From positions 15,558-79,557 of IMG/VR virus record IMGVR_UViG_3300034140_000002: 64,000 nucleotides of DNA; one strand, given 5' to 3'. This DNA is from a virus. Positions 17,409-26,577 of this stretch are shown piece by piece. Position numbers and translations under genes: made by a program. How positions within the stretch are numbered: the first letter of the stretch is position 1; every line of letters begins with the position of its first letter. Below the pieces are notes generated by a model. That model was not told the DNA's origin. It ran no database searches and saw only the letters and a program-made list of their open reading frames with translations.

Positions 17409-19140
17409 TAATTTGTATGAGCAACTGAGCGAAGAACGTAAGCAGGGTCAGATTGACGGCACCATTCCAGATTGGATGAGTACTAGCGGTTATCAGATGT
17501 TCAAGCAGAAGTATCTGTATGAGGCTGCTAATCCTCGTGAGCAATTTATGAGAATTGCTAAGACGGCTGCTAAACATGCGCCAGCGCAAGCCCCTATGCA
17601 CACCACCGAATTCATTGGTGACGAAGAACATCGTATTGCTTATTGGACGGAGGAGTTCTTTCATGTACTCTGGAATGGCTACGTAGCATGCTCAACTCCG
17701 GTGCTCGCTAACATGGGCACTCAACGGGGTTGCCCTGTAAGCTGCGCAGGCTCTGTTGTAGATGACAGCATTGAAGGCTTCTATGATGGCTACCGTGAGA
17801 TTGCTATCCTCACTAAGCAAGGCTTCGGAACTGCTACGGACTTGTCAGACATTCGCAAGCGTGGAAGTCCTATCAGTGCTGGAGGTAAGGCGTCTGGTGT
17901 GCTCCCAGTTATTAAGCACTTTGTGCAGGACATGCGCGATGTGGCACAAGGAACAGCACGCCGTGGTGCATGGGCAGGCTACCTTGACATCCAGCATGGA
18001 GATTTCTGGGAAGTTATTCAGTATCTTGAGGAGCAACCTGACGACTTGAACATTGGTTGGATTATCACTGACAAGTTTATTGCCAAGCTCCAAAAGGGTA
18101 ACAAGGAAGCTATTAAGCGATACCAACGTGCCCTCAAGGCTAAGATGATTTTCGGTAAGGGGTATTTCTTCTTTATAGACAAGGTTAACCGCCAACGTCC
18201 TGAGATGTACAAAGACTTGGGGCTGATGGTTAAAGCCAGTCAGCTTTGTACAGAGATTTTCCTGCATAGCGATTTGGAGCACACCTACACTTGCGTACTG
18301 GCATGGATGAATCTTACTAAGGCTCACTTGTGGGAAAATACTGATGCTGTGTTTGTGGCTACAGTGTTCCTTGACTGCGTTGTGTCAGAGTTCTTGGAGC
18401 AAGCTCGCAACATCCGTGGCATGGAGAAGGCTGTGAGGGCCACTGAGAAGGGCCGTGCTATTGGCCTTGGTGCGGGTGGTTTCCACACTTACTTGCAGGC
18501 TAACGGATTTGAGTGGGGTGGGATTGACGCTCACTTGTTCAATGGGCGTGTCTTTAAGCACATTGATGAAGAGTCTTTGAAGGCGTCTCAGTGGCTTGCT
18601 AAAGAGCTTGGAGAGCCTGAGTGGTGTAAAGGATATGGCTTGCGCTTCACTCACCGGATGGCAGTGGCTCCTACAAAGAGCACGGCGCTTATCTACGGAG
18701 GAATTAGTGAGGGCATTAACCCAGATATTGCTATGAGCTTCACACAGCTTACAGCAGCCGGGGAAGTGGACCGTGTTAATCCTACTCTGCTTGCACTCAT
18801 TAAGAGTAAAGGTCTTGACATAGAAGCTTGCATCAAAGATACTGTGCAGAGTCAGGGTAGTGTGCAGCATGTAGATTGGCTGACGGAAGATGAGAAGCGT
18901 GTGTTTAAGACGGCCTTTGAGATTAACCAGAGAGATATTCTCAGGTTGGCAGCAACCCGGCAACGCTACATCGATCAGGGGCAGTCCACCAATCTGTTCT
19001 TTGCAGGTAATGCTGATGAGAAGCTTATCTCTGAAATTCATCAGGAAGCTTTTGAGAATGAGAACATTCTTAGTTTGTATTATGTGTACAGTAGCAGAGG
19101 TGTAGTTAGTAGCAGTAGTGAGTGCGCTAGCTGTATGTAA
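17401..19140 (+). CDS. nrdA: Ribonucleotide reductase class Ia alpha subunit (no ATP cone)
   Basis: STPVLANMG, PVSC, QLCTEI, IGLG..G, APT, DQGQS.NL, LYY, C-terminal CASC. Confidence 0.95.
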   Translation: MSDNLYEQLSEERKQGQIDGTIPDWMSTSGYQMFKQKYLYEAANPREQFMRIAKTAAKHAPAQAPMHTTEFIGDEEHRIAYWTEEFFHVLWNGYVACSTPVLANMGTQRGCPVSCAGSVVDDSIEGFYDGYREIAILTKQGFGTATDLSDIRKRGSPISAGGKASGVLPVIKHFVQDMRDVAQGTARRGAWAGYLDIQHGDFWEVIQYLEEQPDDLNIGWIITDKFIAKLQKGNKEAIKRYQRALKAKMIFGKGYFFFIDKVNRQRPEMYKDLGLMVKASQLCTEIFLHSDLEHTYTCVLAWMNLTKAHLWENTDAVFVATVFLDCVVSEFLEQARNIRGMEKAVRATEKGRAIGLGAGGFHTYLQANGFEWGGIDAHLFNGRVFKHIDEESLKASQWLAKELGEPEWCKGYGLRFTHRMAVAPTKSTALIYGGISEGINPDIAMSFTQLTAAGEVDRVNPTLLALIKSKGLDIEACIKDTVQSQGSVQHVDWLTEDEKRVFKTAFEINQRDILRLAATRQRYIDQGQSTNLFFAGNADEKLISEIHQEAFENENILSLYYVYSSRGVVSSSSECASCM

Positions 19141-19147
19141 ATAGTTG

Positions 19148-19176
19148 TTGACAACCCTTCGGTAGCAGAGTAAAAT
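19148..19176 (+). promoter_or_regulatory. sigma70 promoter
   Basis: TTGACA-17 bp-TAAAAT. Confidence 0.75.
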
Positions 19177-19201
19177 TCTGTTATCGAAGCTTAAGGAGGA
19201 T

Positions 19202-19564
19202 GTGATGTTTGAATGGTGGCACAATCTAGGTCTGAGTGAGCCTGTAATTACCCTGCGTGAAACGCTGCTTGAGGATGAGTGGGAGGCTTCTCTTGCAAAT
19301 GGGCTAGTCCCCAACCCATTCTATCGTTCTTGTGAACTTAAAAGTTCAAAACACAAACTGATCTTAAGCTTTGACCAAGGAAGTAACTATTTTCAGCAGC
19401 GCATAGACGGATTTCCTTGGATGACAGCACGAGAAGCTAAAGTTATCTACAAGTTAGCAGTCAAACGGTGGGATGGACTGCGCAAAGCTGAGAAAGACGC
19501 TAAACATAAACAGCAACGTGCCGAATTTGCAAAGAAGATTGGAGCACCTAGTGGATTGGTATGA
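19202..19564 (+). CDS. Hypothetical protein
   Basis: AAGGAGG SD downstream of promoter. Confidence 0.65.
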   Translation: MMFEWWHNLGLSEPVITLRETLLEDEWEASLANGLVPNPFYRSCELKSSKHKLILSFDQGSNYFQQRIDGFPWMTAREAKVIYKLAVKRWDGLRKAEKDAKHKQQRAEFAKKIGAPSGLV

Positions 19565-19850
19565 CAAAGCAGAGCAAGAGATTGACGACGATCTTGAGCG
19601 AGGATTTATTACAGCAGCCGAGCATCGGCAAGCCTTACGAGAACTCCGTCAGGAATATCAAGAGCACGAACGTGAAGAGAGTGGCAATGACTTCTATTAA
19701 ACACACGCTGCAAGCACTTCTCTATTTCTTCTGCTGCGTACTCCTCTTATGGATTGTACTCAGTGGCACAGTAGTAGTGGCAGCAATTATGATTCCGTTC
19801 TTGTGTGTGCAAGACGCAATGAAACTTTTTAACAATAAACAAAAGGGTAA

Positions 19851-20108
19851 ATGATGAGCATCAAGCGTAACGAAGGTGAAAGCTTTGCAGACTTTAAAGA
19901 GCGTCGTATCAGCGACAACGAGCAGACACGTTTGGCACTGAAGCCTAAGCTGTTTTGGAATAGCTATTATGATGGCACGTACACTAACGGTGAGCGGAAT
20001 GAGGGTTTCAAGCGCTTGGTAGGTAGTCGTCAAGCTAAGAAGATGACTAAGATGGACAAACGTAATGGTAAGGCTAATATTTCTAAACTGAATGAGAAAG
20101 CACAATAA
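19851..20108 (+). CDS. Small basic hypothetical protein
   Basis: Coupled ORF, Lys/Arg rich. Confidence 0.6.
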   Translation: MMSIKRNEGESFADFKERRISDNEQTRLALKPKLFWNSYYDGTYTNGERNEGFKRLVGSRQAKKMTKMDKRNGKANISKLNEKAQ

Positions 20109-20467
20109 TGACTACACTAGTTGAATACAGCCGCGAGATTGCCCCTAAGGTACGCAAGCTTCTGGAACTGAAAGAAACTCTCAAGGATGGCGTAGCAGAT
20201 GATGCTAAAGTGATTGAATTAAAAGAGGAGATTGCCGACATCAATGCACAGATTAAGCAACACATTGAAGACAACGAGTCTCAGCTTGTCCGAGAGATTA
20301 AAGACCTTGAGACGGATATTAAGCTCGCTATCAAGGCTGCTGCTAAGGGTACGGATTACAAGCCCGCTGAGTTGAAAGGTTTCTTTGAGGCTCGTGCTAA
20401 GGAGAAGGTAGCTGTGGTTGTAGATAAGGGTGCTCTGTTTGAGCAGCTTGAGAGTGAGTTGTCGTGA
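20108..20467 (+). CDS. Coiled-coil protein, possibly T4 DsbA/GapR-like DNA-binding protein
   Basis: Long heptad helix then G.D.K..ELK...EA..KE; family assignment is only a resemblance. Confidence 0.45.
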   Translation: MTTLVEYSREIAPKVRKLLELKETLKDGVADDAKVIELKEEIADINAQIKQHIEDNESQLVREIKDLETDIKLAIKAAAKGTDYKPAELKGFFEARAKEKVAVVVDKGALFEQLESELS

Positions 20468-20670
20468 TGGGTATGCCTATTATACCTGTGAGCAAGTACG
20501 ATGGAAGTAGGGTTTTTCAGGTAAGCGAAGATTTGGTAGTCAGGGCTGTTTATACTGAGTGTATGGATGGTGTGCTGCGACCTATCAAATTCAAGCAACA
20601 AGATGATCTTATTACAATTAAGATTGATCCAATTGGTAAGTTGTACTTTCGTTATAAAAACAACCAATAG
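20464..20670 (+). CDS. Hypothetical protein
   Basis: Last + strand ORF before terminator. Confidence 0.5.
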   Translation: MMGMPIIPVSKYDGSRVFQVSEDLVVRAVYTECMDGVLRPIKFKQQDDLITIKIDPIGKLYFRYKNNQ

Positions 20671-20671
20671 C

Positions 20672-20710
20672 AAAAAGCCCCTAATCCCGCAAAGGACTAA
20701 GGGCATAAAA
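20672..20710. terminator. Terminator between convergent early and late operons
   Basis: AAAAA-GCCC..TCC-CGCAAA-GGA..GGGC-ATAAAA hairpin with A/T flanks. Confidence 0.6.
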
Positions 20711-20739
20711 CCTCACACGAGGCTTCCTCTACCGGAGGA

Positions 20740-21015
20740 TTACTTTTGCGACTCTACAGCTTTGATGAGCTTATCCATCTTATCTGAGCAAGCCCAGAAG
20801 ATAGTAGCATTATCTGTATGAGCCTTGATTTGTGCCTTCCCATCTAATCCTTCAACGGGCTGGATCGGAAGGCATTTCTGCGTCAGGTTTGGTGGGACTG
20901 GTTCCCGAGATGGCTTCGTTAATGATCCGCAACCCGTCATCATCGAGACAGATATTCCGGTAAACATCACGAGTAACAACTTTTTCAACTTGCTTAGTGA
21001 TAACCCTTGCATCAT
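20740..21015 (-). CDS. Outer-membrane spanin (Rz1-like lipoprotein)
   Basis: Lipobox MMTG-C, Pro-rich PVPPNLTQKC, second Cys, overlaps i-spanin in another frame. Confidence 0.85.
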   Translation of the reverse strand: MMQGLSLSKLKKLLLVMFTGISVSMMTGCGSLTKPSREPVPPNLTQKCLPIQPVEGLDGKAQIKAHTDNATIFWACSDKMDKLIKAVESQK

Positions 21016-21214
21016 CCTGCCTCTTATTCTTTAGTTCTTCATATTCAATTGAAAGCTTGTTATATTCGGCGCGTTGCTTGCCGTCCAACTCACGTTGAAT
21101 AACTTCTTGATCAGCCTTGTAAGCATCTACAGCCCTATCACCAATCTCTGCATACAGCCACCAGCATAAGCCAGTGACTACGATTGCAATTAGAATTTTA
21201 ATCTGGAGTAACAT
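20852..21214 (-). CDS. Inner-membrane spanin (Rz-like)
   Basis: N-terminal TM helix, coiled coil, CLDDDGLRIIN C-terminal motif. Confidence 0.85.
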   Translation of the reverse strand: MLLQIKILIAIVVTGLCWWLYAEIGDRAVDAYKADQEVIQRELDGKQRAEYNKLSIEYEELKNKRQDDARVITKQVEKVVTRDVYRNICLDDDGLRIINEAISGTSPTKPDAEMPSDPAR

Positions 21215-21458
21215 TCTTTTCCTTAATAGTGTCTATCCCAAATTTGACCACTCGTGCAACGCCCACAAGGGCTGTAGCATAGGGCACCCAGTTTGGGGGC
21301 AACCATAGCACCATCTCCGGTACGTAGGCTTGTAAGCCCGCTAGGACGGTTATCACAGTGATTAGTTGCAGAGAGAGGAATTTGTAGGCTGTCTTAAAAT
21401 CTGGAATGAGTTTCACAGATACGACAGGCACTTTTACTACTTCGATTTCTTTGGTCAT
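21198..21458 (-). CDS. Holin candidate
   Basis: Two hydrophobic helices, charged C-terminus, between endolysin and spanins. Confidence 0.7.
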   Translation of the reverse strand: MTKEIEVVKVPVVSVKLIPDFKTAYKFLSLQLITVITVLAGLQAYVPEMVLWLPPNWVPYATALVGVARVVKFGIDTIKEKNVTPD

Positions 21459-21871
21459 TTTATTTTAGCTCCGTTACGTAGTTGTTCTAGGGTTAGGCCA
21501 CCCGTGTATTGAAGGTGTGGTTTGTCGGGAAAGGAAGACCAGTCGCCACCCCATTCTAATCCCACTGTCTTAGCGATAGCGCCACAGCGATCAAATAGTT
21601 TAGTGTCGTTCCAATCAATCTTCCCGAACTTAAGTGGTGCGAAGTCGAAAGCGCATTTGAAATTGTGCCAGCTATACCCGCCCTTAGCGTTAGTAATACG
21701 CTTACCAGCAGTGGTGCGACCCTGAGCGTACAAAGCATTCTGCGATTCGATGTCACGATAGGTGGATGTGATAATAACATCAATGCCTTGGTCCTTGCAT
21801 GCTGCAATAAATTTAGTAGCCATCATCATCACTTTAGGATGGAGGTCCGAGAGGCTGCGCGAGTTAATCAT
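21455..21871 (-). CDS. Endolysin, M15 family L-Ala-D-Glu peptidase
   Basis: R...Q..LYAQGRT, SWHN...AFD, WGGDW...D.PH.Q zinc-peptidase motifs. Confidence 0.92.
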   Translation of the reverse strand: MINSRSLSDLHPKVMMMATKFIAACKDQGIDVIITSTYRDIESQNALYAQGRTTAGKRITNAKGGYSWHNFKCAFDFAPLKFGKIDWNDTKLFDRCGAIAKTVGLEWGGDWSSFPDKPHLQYTGGLTLEQLRNGAKIK

Positions 21872-21901
21872 ATTTTATTTCCTTTAAGGTAGAATAGTGT
21901 G

Positions 21902-21928
21902 AAAAGCAGCCCGTCTTATAGCGGGCTT
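21902..21928 (-). terminator. Terminator-like hairpin inside lysis region
   Basis: On minus strand AGCCCG..CGGGCT hairpin then GCTTTTC. Confidence 0.55.
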
Positions 21929-21952
21929 GGTGTTTCTATTAGATGTTAAAAA

Positions 21953-22252
21953 TTATGGGTTATTCCCACGATGGTTACTGTTATCAATCTGGTTATTCAA
22001 ACGTTGTTCCACTCGGATAATACCCGAAGAGACGTTTTCCAGAGTACGGTTGATGTTTTCTACAGCGTGCACTAAGGCACCGTTAGTCACATACTTCTCA
22101 CTTGCTACAAGTTTGTAGGCTAGCAACTCTTCGTATGTTTTGTCAGCTTTGGCTTGAACAGCATCTGTATCTGCTTTTAGTGCCCTGTAGAGATACGCGC
22201 CAACTGATAGAACAACACCTATTGCTATTTGAATTACTACATTCCAATCCAT
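21953..22252 (-). CDS. Membrane protein, holin/antiholin-like
   Basis: Single N-terminal TM helix and coiled-coil tail, upstream of endolysin. Confidence 0.6.
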   Translation of the reverse strand: MDWNVVIQIAIGVVLSVGAYLYRALKADTDAVQAKADKTYEELLAYKLVASEKYVTNGALVHAVENINRTLENVSSGIIRVEQRLNNQIDNSNHRGNNP

Positions 22253-22345
22253 TTTGAAACCCTTCTTTTTAACTACATTAAAGAACTGCCAAAATAGCAG
22301 TCCCTACGCAAGCCCTCGGGTTCTGGGAGAGCCTGTCGCATCTGG

Positions 22346-22861
22346 TTAGTCCTGCACGTAATACAACCTCAAGCCTTTATTCAAAGCTTCCTTCAATACT
22401 GCTGCGGGAGTTGCCCTCCCACCTAAATCTAGCCCTGACAGACGCCTTGCTGTAATGACATACTCTGCACACTCCAACACATCATCTGCACCAATCTCCA
22501 GCTTATCCAAGTAAGCTAAGATAGCCTGCCACTTAGAATACTTGCCCTTGCCAATATGGGACATCAGATATTCCATCTCCACATCCTGCATAGGTGTACG
22601 AGTGGGAACAATGTAGAAGCCATCCTTAGCGAAGTTGCTGAGTGGCACAAGCCTAGCTAGTGGGGATACACTTTCTGCAATAAACACCCTCCCAGCAATC
22701 TTCACCACAACTCCTACATGGGTGTACTCCGTAAAAGAGAACAGCCGAACAAGCATAACCTGAGCATCATATAGCGATGCCCATTTATAATGACTAAAGA
22801 ATACTAAATCTCCAGACTCTAAGCTATCCCTACAATCTTCGTAAGTAACTTTTTCACTCAT
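22346..22861 (-). CDS. Permuted papain-like (NlpC/P60, YiiX-type) amidase
   Basis: GDLVFF, YTHVGVV (His before Cys), KYS, LECAEYV. Confidence 0.75.
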   Translation of the reverse strand: MSEKVTYEDCRDSLESGDLVFFSHYKWASLYDAQVMLVRLFSFTEYTHVGVVVKIAGRVFIAESVSPLARLVPLSNFAKDGFYIVPTRTPMQDVEMEYLMSHIGKGKYSKWQAILAYLDKLEIGADDVLECAEYVITARRLSGLDLGGRATPAAVLKEALNKGLRLYYVQD

Positions 22862-23694
22862 AGTGCCTCCACTTCTAGAGGCATGGCGTACACGCCAGCA
22901 GCATTAGCAGACAACACACTCACCTGACTAAACTTACCCCACACAGTGTTGGCTTGCTCTAAGTCTCTGTCAGTGTTGTCAGGATACCCGCTCATCCACA
23001 CAGGGCTACTAATTCCACAGTAGCTAACAATCTTCCACATGGCTTTCTGATCAACTGCCTTCAGAGCATTCATGTTCATAGTGAGCTTCTTGTACCTAGC
23101 ACCTACGTCTGTGTGCAGGGTTCCAGAGTCACTGCGATAATTCTTGGACATGTCCTCCATGCTGAAACTAGCACCAATCTCTGCACCATAAGTTGGTTGG
23201 AAATATTCCCCAACCACAAGCTTCCATGCTTCTAAATATCCTTGTAGATTATTGGTATCTACAATATCTATTGTCACCCTGCGAGCACTCTTTACAGGGA
23301 AGAACACACGAGCCACAGAACCCCCTCCATAAGCGTAAGCAGACACACTCTGAGCCGCTGTTAGTCCGGCTACTTTAATTGCCATAGCGGGGCTGCAAAT
23401 AGTGCTGGTGTGCGTGTAGATGAGCGTACTGCCTGCTGTGTCCGAATAACACTTAACGACCATAGTAGCTGTTGGGCTGAAGTTACCGAACATACTCACC
23501 ATGTTCACATTCTCAAGGTTGGTCCAAGAGGCTGTGACAGAGGCTGTAGTGACGGTGGCAACACTTCTCCACACTTCATTCTTACTGTTTGTGATAAGAT
23601 TTGTCGCAGCTATTGCAGCGCTTGTTGCGGTGACTGTGGTGCCCACCCTGTCTACAATGTTGTCTGCTACGATTCTTAATACATTCTCGGCCAT
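22858..23694 (-). CDS. Tail tip / minor tail protein
   Basis: Beta-rich, in tail operon, coupled. Confidence 0.6.
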   Translation of the reverse strand: MAENVLRIVADNIVDRVGTTVTATSAAIAATNLITNSKNEVWRSVATVTTASVTASWTNLENVNMVSMFGNFSPTATMVVKCYSDTAGSTLIYTHTSTICSPAMAIKVAGLTAAQSVSAYAYGGGSVARVFFPVKSARRVTIDIVDTNNLQGYLEAWKLVVGEYFQPTYGAEIGASFSMEDMSKNYRSDSGTLHTDVGARYKKLTMNMNALKAVDQKAMWKIVSYCGISSPVWMSGYPDNTDRDLEQANTVWGKFSQVSVLSANAAGVYAMPLEVEAL

Positions 23695-23698
23695 ATAT

Positions 23699-24262
23699 TC
23701 ATTCCCATTTTATATTCGCCACTTCGGCTGCTGTTGTGGCGTCAGCCAATAGTTGTTTTAAGTTTTGTGCATGAGTGAAGTTTTGCTGACCTTGTTGCAC
23801 CATAGCCATGAACAATTGAATCCATGTGGCTTTGTCAGGGATAGGTACGTAAGTGTTGTCTATAGCTTTCCATTGGTTAATAGGGACAACGCCCAATAAG
23901 GAAACCACTCCGTTCACAGCGTCTATATCAGAACGGGAGAGTTCGTCACAAGCTATCTGTTTTCCTTGGAAATTAAAATAGCTTCGATTAGCTTGCAACC
24001 TATTGGCGTTAATCTCAGCATTCTTACTCACTTTTAATTCAGATAAAGATGCAGTTTCTACCCACACAACAGCCCCGTCAACAATAGAAGGAACGGTTGT
24101 AGGTGATGGGTGGTCACGAACAAATGGCGCTGGCAGTTCGACATGCGTGCATCCGTCGATCAGTGACGGAAAATCCGGCATAGGGCCTTCGTCCGGGATA
24201 TCTCGCTGAAACCCAAACTGAATTACATTCTGAGCGTCAATCACTGCAAAGTATTTAATCAT
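23699..24262 (-). CDS. Tail fibre-associated protein (DUF4376-like)
   Basis: K.AEINA.R, F..K.I..D..SR..I, W.AIDN...P, Q.L...L..A.T..EV..I.W. Confidence 0.75.
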   Translation of the reverse strand: MIKYFAVIDAQNVIQFGFQRDIPDEGPMPDFPSLIDGCTHVELPAPFVRDHPSPTTVPSIVDGAVVWVETASLSELKVSKNAEINANRLQANRSYFNFQGKQIACDELSRSDIDAVNGVVSLLGVVPINQWKAIDNTYVPIPDKATWIQLFMAMVQQGQQNFTHAQNLKQLLADATTAAEVANIKWE

Positions 24263-26577
24263 GGTGCTGTCCCTGATCCGTGTCCAACATCGACGTTGAA
24301 AGATTGCGATGCAGTTTGCCCGTAAGCGTCACGCACTGTGCAAGTCACATAGCCAGAGGTAAAGCTATTCGTAGCTGCCTTGCCGCTGACCGTAACCGTT
24401 GCTCCAGTCAAGGCGCTGAGCTTCAAGCTGCCAAAGTAACTCTCTACTTGCCACGAGTATGTGAATGGCGCAGTGCCATTGCTCACAACGGCAGTCTTTG
24501 CTTCGTAACCGACGTAACCGGCGCTGTTCGAAGCGCCATTGAAAGAAATGTTGCTGATAACAGCTAGGGTTGGCGGATTGGCAAGTGCAGTTGCAGCAGC
24601 AGCACCAGATGTCGCACCAGATGCAACCGTAGCTGCTGGTACTCCTGCTACGAGTGTTCCGGCTGGCGCGCCGACCGTTGCGCCATTAGCTGGCTTGTTC
24701 GGTCCGCCGACAGCATCGAAGTTGTTGCTTGCTAGCGGAACCAGCCTGATGTTTTTCAACGTTCCATTAATTATGGACGAGTCAAAACCGAGCGGAGCGG
24801 TTATGTTCGCGGACACAGTGCGCAGTATGGTCCGGTTCTTCATGTAGATAACAGTGCTGCCGTCATAAGTAACGGAACATGAATCTCCAGTAGCGTACCC
24901 TGAAAGAATCACACTGTTTGTACTTCCCGACTCGTAGTAATACAGGTTGTTCCCTGTGCCGTAGAGCGCGTAGTCGATATTCTGGTAGCTACTATCTTGG
25001 GCCGGGTTGCTGTCCAGACCAGCCATCCAGTCCCCACCCGACAATGGCTCAAAGGATACAGACGCCCCTCCAGCAAAACCTTGATAGGTGAATGCGCCCC
25101 CGTCCCAGCCAACCTGACCTGTCCGAGATACTGAGTTACCTGTAATTACCGTTCCTGCGCCAGCGGCGATGAGAGTGATATCTGCTGTTGCGTTGTCAGC
25201 GGGCTTATTAGAGCCGCCCACGGAACCCCAATTGTTGCTGCTCTGCGGCAGGAACCGGATACCATTTATAGCCCCGGAAAATATACTGGAGTCAAAGAAC
25301 AAAACTACGTTAGCGCCAAGATCAACCGTGACAGTGCGCATGACAGTAGTGCCGTTCATGTACACTACTTTTGAACCGTCATAGGATACGGATAGAACAT
25401 CGCCCACCGCGCAAGTCCCAATAGCCCCGCGATCTTGCCCGCTTTCATAACAATTAACCCCAGCGCTGCCGGTGCAGTACATCGCAAAGTCAATTGAGTT
25501 GTAAGACGAGTCTGTCGTTGGATCAGTGTTCAGCCCAAACATGAAGATATGGCTAGTAGACTCAACCACAATACTGGCGCAGCTACCTCCACGGAAACCG
25601 TTCTTACTGTAGACATCTGAGTCCCATCCAGAGGATGAAGTGCGAACTGCTCTATTCCCGTTAAGCACTATCCCGCCGCCGCGAGCCAGCAAAGTCACAT
25701 CCAAGGAAGCGTTAAGGTCGCCCGTGTACGCATTGCGGTCAAGGTCTTGCACCCATGCCGTCCATGCACCAGCGCTAGTATTAGCAGATTGTGTGGTAAA
25801 GCGACGGAAAGTCAGACCGTTGATATAGGCATACTGATACGCCCCACCGCCTGTGTTGTCTTGGTACTGCTTGACAGTCTCAAGGACAAAATATGTATAA
25901 AGCGAGTAGACTTCCGAGCCGAAGAAAGTGATCGTAGTCTTGAATTGTCGAGTTGTCCCCACCGGGTAATCGGAAGGCGGGTCATTCCGGTTGCGTGCAC
26001 CGAAAAACGTTCCGTTCCCAAGATCGATAGTAGGCAGGGCAGTCATTTGACCTTGCGCACCGCCCGGTCCGGTAAGAACTCCTGTTGCACCGAGTGTCAG
26101 TCCTGTCGCGGTGGTCGCCGACTTTGCCGCAATGGCATTCAGCAGCAGGGTCTTGGCGTCGTAGTACAACTTGAATGCGGCACGGAAAGTCGTGCCCGTG
26201 ATGGCGGTGTCTACGGTGAGCGTATTCCACGTTGGATTATTCGTATAGAGCAGCGTGTTGAGGTCAACCTTGCTGTTGTAGTAGGCATCCCGGTTCACGC
26301 CCAGTGCGTCGGCTTTGGCAATGATGTCGTTGAACTCACCATCCATCACGGCGACCTTAAGGATCACTTCCGGCTTTTCATCTCTCGACAGGATATTGTC
26401 GTTGAAAACAATAGCTAATGCATCATTGGCAAGCTGAGCTGATGTAGCAGCATTATTCGCTGTCTGCTGAGCAGCCTGAGCAGCAGCTAAAGCCGCAGCA
26501 GCCGTTCCGTAACTCGGTAGCAAACGTGGAGACGCAGCTTGCAACAATACATCTCTAGCATTCACTGGTGCTGTCAT
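24259..26577 (-). CDS. Tail fibre / receptor-binding protein, mosaic
   Basis: N-terminal coiled coil, knob-like segment ending WTAWVQ, two tandem beta-sandwich repeats, C-terminal Ig-like GTAPFTYSW domain. Confidence 0.8.
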   Translation of the reverse strand: MTAPVNARDVLLQAASPRLLPSYGTAAAALAAAQAAQQTANNAATSAQLANDALAIVFNDNILSRDEKPEVILKVAVMDGEFNDIIAKADALGVNRDAYYNSKVDLNTLLYTNNPTWNTLTVDTAITGTTFRAAFKLYYDAKTLLLNAIAAKSATTATGLTLGATGVLTGPGGAQGQMTALPTIDLGNGTFFGARNRNDPPSDYPVGTTRQFKTTITFFGSEVYSLYTYFVLETVKQYQDNTGGGAYQYAYINGLTFRRFTTQSANTSAGAWTAWVQDLDRNAYTGDLNASLDVTLLARGGGIVLNGNRAVRTSSSGWDSDVYSKNGFRGGSCASIVVESTSHIFMFGLNTDPTTDSSYNSIDFAMYCTGSAGVNCYESGQDRGAIGTCAVGDVLSVSYDGSKVVYMNGTTVMRTVTVDLGANVVLFFDSSIFSGAINGIRFLPQSSNNWGSVGGSNKPADNATADITLIAAGAGTVITGNSVSRTGQVGWDGGAFTYQGFAGGASVSFEPLSGGDWMAGLDSNPAQDSSYQNIDYALYGTGNNLYYYESGSTNSVILSGYATGDSCSVTYDGSTVIYMKNRTILRTVSANITAPLGFDSSIINGTLKNIRLVPLASNNFDAVGGPNKPANGATVGAPAGTLVAGVPAATVASGATSGAAAATALANPPTLAVISNISFNGASNSAGYVGYEAKTAVVSNGTAPFTYSWQVESYFGSLKLSALTGATVTVSGKAATNSFTSGYVTCTVRDAYGQTASQSFNVDVGHGSGTAP

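Noticed and set aside
25747-26418. 223 aa antisense ORF in tail fibre
   Set aside because: Explained by local high GC; no recognisable protein features
24259-26577. Diversity-generating retroelement target
   Set aside because: No reverse transcriptase and no near-identical TR/VR pair; internal repeats are diverged at all bases
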